A stretch of 64,000 bases of DNA, from the NCBI GenBank assembly GCA_965249725.1, contig CBDFMQ010000001.1:256001-320000 (forward strand), given 5' to 3'. Position 1 is the first letter of the stretch, and the number at the start of each line of letters is the position of its first letter. The notes below the pieces were generated by a model that ran no database searches, was not told the origin of the DNA, and worked only from the letters and a program-made list of their open reading frames with translations. This DNA comes from Longimicrobiales bacterium (GTDB lineage: Bacteria; Gemmatimonadota; Gemmatimonadetes; Longimicrobiales; Gaopeijiaceae). Positions 58,681 through 64,000 of the stretch are shown here, in pieces. Position numbers and translations under genes: made by a program.

Positions 58681-58719
58681 TCCCATCCGGCCATCGCCCA
58701 ACCTCAGCATCACCCATAG
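58681..58719 (+). repeat. 39-bp direct repeat, copy 2
   Basis: Begins 10 bp after the cyclase-TM stop codon. Confidence 0.9.
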
Positions 58720-58885
58720 TCATCTATAGTCATAGTTGGAGTGGTGGAGCCCTTCGTCGTTTGCGTCTAACATGCCCGCCGGGTAATGTCGGACCTCGTC
58801 CCGCCACGGAGTACCAAGCTGGATCAGGAGGCCGTCCGGGATTCCCTATCCTGGATGCAACTGGTTTTCCACAAGGAGGTGACTC

Positions 58886-59350
58886 ATGCGTTCCATACCA
58901 CTTCTCACCCTCGGCTTAGCGATCACTCTTCTTCTCCTGCCACGCCCAACGCAGGCCCAGGACGCCTCGCAGCCCGAAGCCCGTTTCGCCGTAATCCTCA
59001 CGATTCAAGTGCCCTACGGTGAGGAAAATCAGGCCGTCTCTTGGTGGATTGACAACTGGCTCTCGCCCCAGTGGAATCTCAATCCGAACATTCTCACGGT
59101 CCGCGTCGGAGGGCACCTGTACGGCATCAACGGCGGTCAGATCATGAGGTACGTGGAGTATGCCGATATGTCGCACCTCACCCCCCCGGCGCCTTGTCAG
59201 GTATGCGCCGAATGGAGGAATGCGAACAGGCCAGAAGAGGGGACGGCTGAGTGGGAAGAGTGGGACGCCAATCGTAGGACATATCTGAAGTACAACAGCG
59301 TTCACCATGACGAAATCTTTGCCCTAAACATGAATTGGGCGAAAAACTGA
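58886..59350 (+). CDS. Secreted hypothetical protein
   Basis: AAGGAGGT RBS; signal peptide ending TQA; C-terminal HHDEI. Confidence 0.75.
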   Translation: MRSIPLLTLGLAITLLLLPRPTQAQDASQPEARFAVILTIQVPYGEENQAVSWWIDNWLSPQWNLNPNILTVRVGGHLYGINGGQIMRYVEYADMSHLTPPAPCQVCAEWRNANRPEEGTAEWEEWDANRRTYLKYNSVHHDEIFALNMNWAKN

Positions 59351-59528
59351 CACAGCCTGAGACTCCACTCGCCTGACACGGGGAGGGAGTGGTGATGCAC
59401 GGGCCACTCCCTCTCGGAGTGGTGCGAGCGGGGAGTAACACCTAACCCACACATATCAGGGATTTCCCCCACTGGTGGTCGTGTCGCTGCTCGCGAAGAG
59501 AGGCGTGCTGTCGTTTGGGAGCGGGTAG

Positions 59529-59558
59529 GTCAGGAAGCGCCCGCAGGCGCTCCCTGAC
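59529..59558. terminator. Hairpin downstream of convergent genes
   Basis: GTCAGGAAGCGCC-CGCA-GGCGCTCCCTGAC. Confidence 0.5.
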
Positions 59559-59563
59559 TCGAT

Positions 59564-59929
59564 CTAGCCTTCCGCTGCCTGTGTCTTACCCATCCAGATC
59601 ACGCCGACCAGAGCGACCCAAACGATTGCACCCCAGTTGCTCAGAAGCCCGCGGACGGGTCCGAGCGTGATCCCGAACGTGAAGAGGGCCAGGGTCACGA
59701 CCCCCACTGCGACCCCCAACCAAGCGAGCCACGCTGGCCATCCTCGGGTCTTCAACATTCCGATGCCGTACGCAGCCATGGCTACCGGAAAGAGGTAGCG
59801 GGCTCCGATGTTCACCGATGCCATGGTGTACCTCATGCCCAGGAAAGCGTGATCCGCTCCGGCGCCGGCACCAGCCGCTTGGGCAGCGAGCAACCTCGAG
59901 AAGCCTCTCGTCTCGAGCGTGCCCACCAC
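59564..59929 (-). pseudogene. C-terminal fragment of a DUF4386-like membrane protein
   Basis: YG..ML....WP.WL.WLG and W...VG..WM pattern; no credible start. Confidence 0.5.
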
Positions 59930-59982
59930 GTAAAGCGCGAAGCCACAGAGACGACCCTTCTAAGCCCCGAGGACTGTTCAGC

Positions 59983-60288
59983 CTACCTCGGATACCGAAG
60001 ACCGGGCCGACATAGCTGCTTCGGCCTTGTCGAACAGAAACCACAGTCGGACACTTGGAGTGCGAGTGCGGACCGTAGGGCGGCGTCGGCTGAGTCAAAA
60101 ACTGCGAGTACGGCATCACCCACAAACTTCACGACGCGACCGCCGTGGGCCTCCGTCTCCTCGCGGGCGAAGCGTTGAAGGTCATCGACGACTTCGAGCG
60201 CAGCCTCCTCATCACGCGACGAGAGGTCGGTGTAGCCAACGATGTCTGCGAACCAGACAGCAGCGAGACGCCGGGTGCGTTCGGTCAT
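59983..60288 (-). pseudogene. Internally deleted paralogue of the cyclase-TM gene
   Basis: RRLAAVWFADIVGYT..KFVGDA joined out of frame to LWFLFDKAEAAMS (60008-60046). Confidence 0.75.
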
Positions 60289-60313
60289 CCCGCAGGATGT
60301 AGCATCACAGCCG

Positions 60314-60613
60314 CTATCGTCTGTACACGAAGGCCACACCATCCGACGAAACGAGCGTTAGCACGTTGCCGGTCAGAGAACCGGTGCTTCGAGTGCCGAA
60401 CCCGTCGTCCAGCAGGATGGTCGAACCGTCCTCTTGAAACGATCCGGCTGTCACCAGCCAGAGGAATCCAGGGCTTTCCCTGAGCGTAGCGGGGAGGGGT
60501 TCCCCGGCAACGCTCTGAAATTTGTAAGTACCAGCTACGCTCTCAGGTGCAGAAGGGTCTCCACCACAGGCGAGGGCTGCCAGCGACACCAACAGAATGA
60601 ACGAGCGTTTCAT
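60314..60613 (-). CDS. Lipocalin-like lipoprotein, probably internally deleted
   Basis: Lipobox LAC; G.Y..SV.G.PLP...VTAG...FV.RR shared with 63313-63732, but shorter. Confidence 0.55.
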   Translation of the reverse strand: MKRSFILLVSLAALACGGDPSAPESVAGTYKFQSVAGEPLPATLRESPGFLWLVTAGSFQEDGSTILLDDGFGTRSTGSLTGNVLTLVSSDGVAFVYRR

Positions 60614-60645
60614 CGGATGGCCCCCTATTGGGTGCTGCGTAGGGT

Positions 60646-60975
60646 TTGATAAGACCCGCTAGAATGAGTGTAGATGAGTGGTGTTGGACGAGCAAACAGA
60701 TCGGTCACCACCTCACCCTCCACCCCACTAGAGCTCGGCTCCGCAGGAGGCGAGTGGAAGAGTTGCTTAGGGCCGATCCTGACATCATCGATCTCGAGGC
60801 TCGCGGCCTCTCCCCACTCCGAACCGCCGCTTGGTTCGGCCACGCCAACATCGTGCGTATGCTCCTCGATAACGGTGCGGACCCAATGTCCGAGCACCCC
60901 GAGACCGGAAAGACCGCTCTCGATCACGCGGTCGAGCAAGGCCACCGCGATGTCGCCGAGATGCTTCAGCGCTAG
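60646..60975 (+). pseudogene. Ankyrin-repeat fragment
   Basis: SPL..AAWFGH..IV.MLL..GAD and TALD.A...GH..VA.ML; 5' part not protein-like. Confidence 0.65.
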
Positions 60976-61084
60976 TCTGCGACGAAAGGACGAATCGGAC
61001 CGGTGTTCCGGTCCCGACCGGCGCCGTACAATGTGCCCCGTGGCATCACACCACCCACCTGTCACCTCCCTAGGAAGACCTTCG

Positions 61085-63286
61085 ATGAAGAAGCTGCTCC
61101 TCGCACTCGCACTGATCACCTTCGCGTGCGCCCCCGGCGAATCCTCCGAAGAGGTTGCCCGCTGGGAGGCACGTGCCGCGGGGATCACGATCATCCGGGA
61201 CGACTGGGGCGTGCCGCACATCTACGGAGAGACGGACGCGGATGCGGTCTTTGGGCTCATGTACGCTCAGGCCGAGGACGACTTCAACCGCATCGAGGTG
61301 AACTTCCTCAACTCGCAGGGGCGACTCGCGGAAGCGGAGGGCGAGGCCGAGGTCTGGCGGGACCTACGGATGAAGCTCTTCATCGACCCGGCCGACACGC
61401 AGGATCTGTACGCCGACAGTCCGGAGTGGTTGAAGGACCTCATGGATGCTTGGGCGGACGGCCTGAACTACTACCTGCACACCCATCCCGAAGTCGAGCC
61501 GAGGGTGCTTGCCCGGTTCGAGCCGTGGATGGCACTGACCTTCAGCGAAGGCAGCATCGGTGGGGACATCGAGCGGGTGAATCTCGGGCTGCTCGAGGAT
61601 TTCTACGGAAATCCCGAGGGCCAGATGTCTTCCGTCATCCAGGTCGATGAGATCGACGACGTCTCGGGCGCGCGTCTGGCCCTGGATCGTTCGCCGGTCG
61701 GACGGGTCGCGAGCGCCCTGGTCGAGCCCGACCCCTTCGTCGAGCCGGAAGGGTCGAACGGATTTGCCATCGCCCCCGCCAACACGGTGAACGGGAACGC
61801 ACTCCTGCTCATCAACCCGCACACCTCCTTCTTCTTTCGCCACGAGGCGCACGTGGTCAGTGAGGAAGGGCTCAATGCCTACGGCGCTCTCACCTGGGGA
61901 CAGTTCTTCATCTACCAGGGCTTCAACGAGACTACGGGGTGGATGCACACCTCTAGCGGCGTTGACAACATCGACGAGTACCTCGAGACGGTCGTGGAGC
62001 GCGACGGACAGCTCGTCTATCGCTACGGAGAGGAAGAGCGGGAGGTTGAGACGCGAACCGTGTCGGTGCCCTACCAGACTGCCGGCGGCATGGCCGAGCG
62101 TGAGTTCACGGTCTATCGCACGCACCACGGACCCATCGTGCGCGCTGTGGACGGTCGCTGGGTGAGTGTGGCGCTCATGGAGGAGCCAATGCGGGCGCTC
62201 GTGCAGTCGTACGCTCGAACCAAAGCGACCAACTACGACAGCTTCGTCGAGACGATGTCGACGCACACGAACTCCTCGAACAACACCGTGTTCGCAGACG
62301 CCGAAGGCAACATCGCCTACTTCCACTCGAACTTCATTCCGATTCGGGACACGAACTTCAACTGGCTCGAACCCGTGGACGGCAGTGATCCGGCCACGGA
62401 TTGGCAGGGCGTGCACACCCTCGAAGAGACCCCGGGGTCCCACAATCCGTCGAACGGGTGGATTCAGAACACCAACAACTGGCCATTCTCCGTGAGTGGG
62501 GCGACGAGTCCGAATCGGGACGACTTCCCGGTCTACGTCCAGCGCAGCGGGGAGAATGCCCGGGGACTACACGCCATCCGCGTGCTCGAAGGGAAGACGG
62601 ACTTCACGCTTCAAAGCCTGATCGCCGCCGCGTACGACAGTTATCTGACGTGGTTCGAGCCGATGCTCCCGGCACTGGTGCGAGACTACGACGCCCTCCC
62701 CGCGTCCGACGCTCGCAAGGGCCAGCTTGCGGATCCGATCGCCCTGCTGAGGGACTGGGATCTACGCTGGGGCGCCCAGTCGGTCGAGACGTCGTTGGCG
62801 GTGTTCTGGGCCGACGCGCTCCCGCGTCAGGGTACCGACGACGCGGGCGTTCGGCTGGAGGCATTGGCCTCCGCGACGGAGCGTCTGACCGAGGACTTCG
62901 GCAGCTGGCGAACGCCTTGGGGGGAGATCAACCGGTTCCAGAGGCTCACCGGAGACATCGTTCAACCGTTCAACGACGATGGGCCGAGCACGCCCGTCGC
63001 CTTTACGTCCTCGCGCTACGGCTCGCTCGCCTCGTTCGGGGCACGGCCGTACGAAGGCACCAAGAGGTGGTATGGCACTAGCGGCAACAGCTTCGTGGCC
63101 GTGGTGGAGTTCGGCGACCGTCTACGGGCTCGAGCCGTGACCGCCGGTGGGCTGAACGACCAACCGTCGTCTCCGCATTTCAACGATCAGGCGGAACGGT
63201 ACGCCCAAGGGAACCTCCGCGACGTCCGGTTTTATCGTGAGGACGTCGAGGCGAACGCCGAGCGGGAGTATCGTCCGGGGGGCTGA
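61085..63286 (+). CDS. Penicillin acylase/AHL-acylase family Ntn-hydrolase lipoprotein
   Basis: RDDWGVPHI, YAQAED, GSN (catalytic Ser), NPH, THHGP and QNTN; lipobox FAC. Confidence 0.93.
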   Translation: MKKLLLALALITFACAPGESSEEVARWEARAAGITIIRDDWGVPHIYGETDADAVFGLMYAQAEDDFNRIEVNFLNSQGRLAEAEGEAEVWRDLRMKLFIDPADTQDLYADSPEWLKDLMDAWADGLNYYLHTHPEVEPRVLARFEPWMALTFSEGSIGGDIERVNLGLLEDFYGNPEGQMSSVIQVDEIDDVSGARLALDRSPVGRVASALVEPDPFVEPEGSNGFAIAPANTVNGNALLLINPHTSFFFRHEAHVVSEEGLNAYGALTWGQFFIYQGFNETTGWMHTSSGVDNIDEYLETVVERDGQLVYRYGEEEREVETRTVSVPYQTAGGMAEREFTVYRTHHGPIVRAVDGRWVSVALMEEPMRALVQSYARTKATNYDSFVETMSTHTNSSNNTVFADAEGNIAYFHSNFIPIRDTNFNWLEPVDGSDPATDWQGVHTLEETPGSHNPSNGWIQNTNNWPFSVSGATSPNRDDFPVYVQRSGENARGLHAIRVLEGKTDFTLQSLIAAAYDSYLTWFEPMLPALVRDYDALPASDARKGQLADPIALLRDWDLRWGAQSVETSLAVFWADALPRQGTDDAGVRLEALASATERLTEDFGSWRTPWGEINRFQRLTGDIVQPFNDDGPSTPVAFTSSRYGSLASFGARPYEGTKRWYGTSGNSFVAVVEFGDRLRARAVTAGGLNDQPSSPHFNDQAERYAQGNLRDVRFYREDVEANAEREYRPGG

Positions 63287-63312
63287 GGGTCGATGGGTGT
63301 CCCCGCCCCGGC

Positions 63313-63732
63313 CTATCGCCGAAACACGAAGATCGTGTTGTCCGACCGGAGCGACACCGTCTCGGATGTCACGAGCCCGGTGTCGACGCTCCCATTCGGA
63401 TAACTGACCGTGATCGCTCCGTAACCGTAGGTGTACTCACAGTCCACGGAGTCGTTTGCCGTCGTCGAGACGCCGTCCTCGGTGGTGATCAGCGTGAGTG
63501 AGACGCGGCACCCCGTACCGGAGCTGATGGTCAGGTTTCCCGCCGTCACTTCCGTCCTGACCGGACCCAAGCTGAGCAGCCTCCACGGAAGGGGTGCTCC
63601 GTTCACCGACTCGAGGGCATAGCTACCGATCAGGTCGACTTCGACGGGCCCTGTCCCGTCTCCGCGGCAGCTCATCAACGTGAGGGCCGAGAACACGACG
63701 AGTATCGTGCGGTGCATGGAGTCCACTCTCAT
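63313..63732 (-). CDS. Lipocalin-like lipoprotein
   Basis: Lipobox LMSC; GSY.L.SVNG.PLP. Confidence 0.7.
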   Translation of the reverse strand: MRVDSMHRTILVVFSALTLMSCRGDGTGPVEVDLIGSYALESVNGAPLPWRLLSLGPVRTEVTAGNLTISSGTGCRVSLTLITTEDGVSTTANDSVDCEYTYGYGAITVSYPNGSVDTGLVTSETVSLRSDNTIFVFRR

Positions 63733-63880
63733 CGGTCCACCCGGGGCGGGCAAACGCTTCCGTTCAGCGTAGGGGCCCGTAGCCAGGTGAGGCAAGCGGG
63801 AACTCGACCACCTGCCAACGCGTTCGTAGCGTGACGCCGAGACGGTAGACTGCAGGATAACGTGGCCCGTGCCGAGAATC

Positions 63881-64000
63881 ATGCGACAGACACTCGCCAA
63901 GAACATCTTTGGGGCTGCAACACTAGCCCTCGCCACGCTGACGCTGGCGTGTGGCGATTCTCCGGTCGCGACGAGCTTCCCCAAGCTCGAGCGCGAGGCA
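63881..64000 (+). CDS. Lipoprotein (partial, runs off window end)
   Basis: MRQTLAKNIFGAATLALATLTLACGDSP...; lipobox LAC. Confidence 0.6.
   Translation, partial: MRQTLAKNIFGAATLALATLTLACGDSPVATSFPKLEREA

Noticed and set aside
58742..58751. TGGTGGAGCC, the reverse complement of GGCTCCACCA (tRNA-Ala 3' end)
   Set aside because: Only 10 bp, inverted relative to the 5' half and with no T-arm adjacent; compatible with chance.
60674..61084. 137-aa N-terminal extension of the acylase (similar extensions on lutC, menD, menE and the TPR gene)
   Set aside because: Signal peptide and homology begin at downstream ATGs, and most extensions overlap neighbouring genes.

Overview
High-GC bacterial window. 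The kinase family and lipoprotein style suggest Gemmatimonadota (Longimicrobiales-like), which is an inference. Positions 1-46.8 kb are mostly core or metabolic genes: lutABC, menF-D-B-A-E, tyrS, acyl-CoA oxidase, purE, greA, a GMC/ThDP operon, a Tat-exported aminotransferase with a pair of M42 peptidases, and a large LuxR regulator. A small decayed cassette-like insert (APH-like gene and higBA) and several gene remnants are scattered among them. An accessory island begins at 46.9 kb at a truncated tRNA-Ala(TGC) that retains only its 5' half. It is followed by a ~194-bp element bounded by inverted tandem 10-mers, and by an integron-type cassette array with two clear attC sites plus a remnant but no integrase in the window (CALIN). 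Next come a nested pile of three IS3-family copies whose true ends appear to lie 7 bp outside the TG..CA inverted repeats, a Ser/Thr kinase-propeller gene, mddA, and repeated cyclase and membrane-protein fragments. An unannotated small transcription unit at 25.3-25.6 kb has a promoter, an operator-like palindrome, a perfect 11-nt SD, a 20-codon ORF and a terminator. It is another strong candidate for something undescribed.
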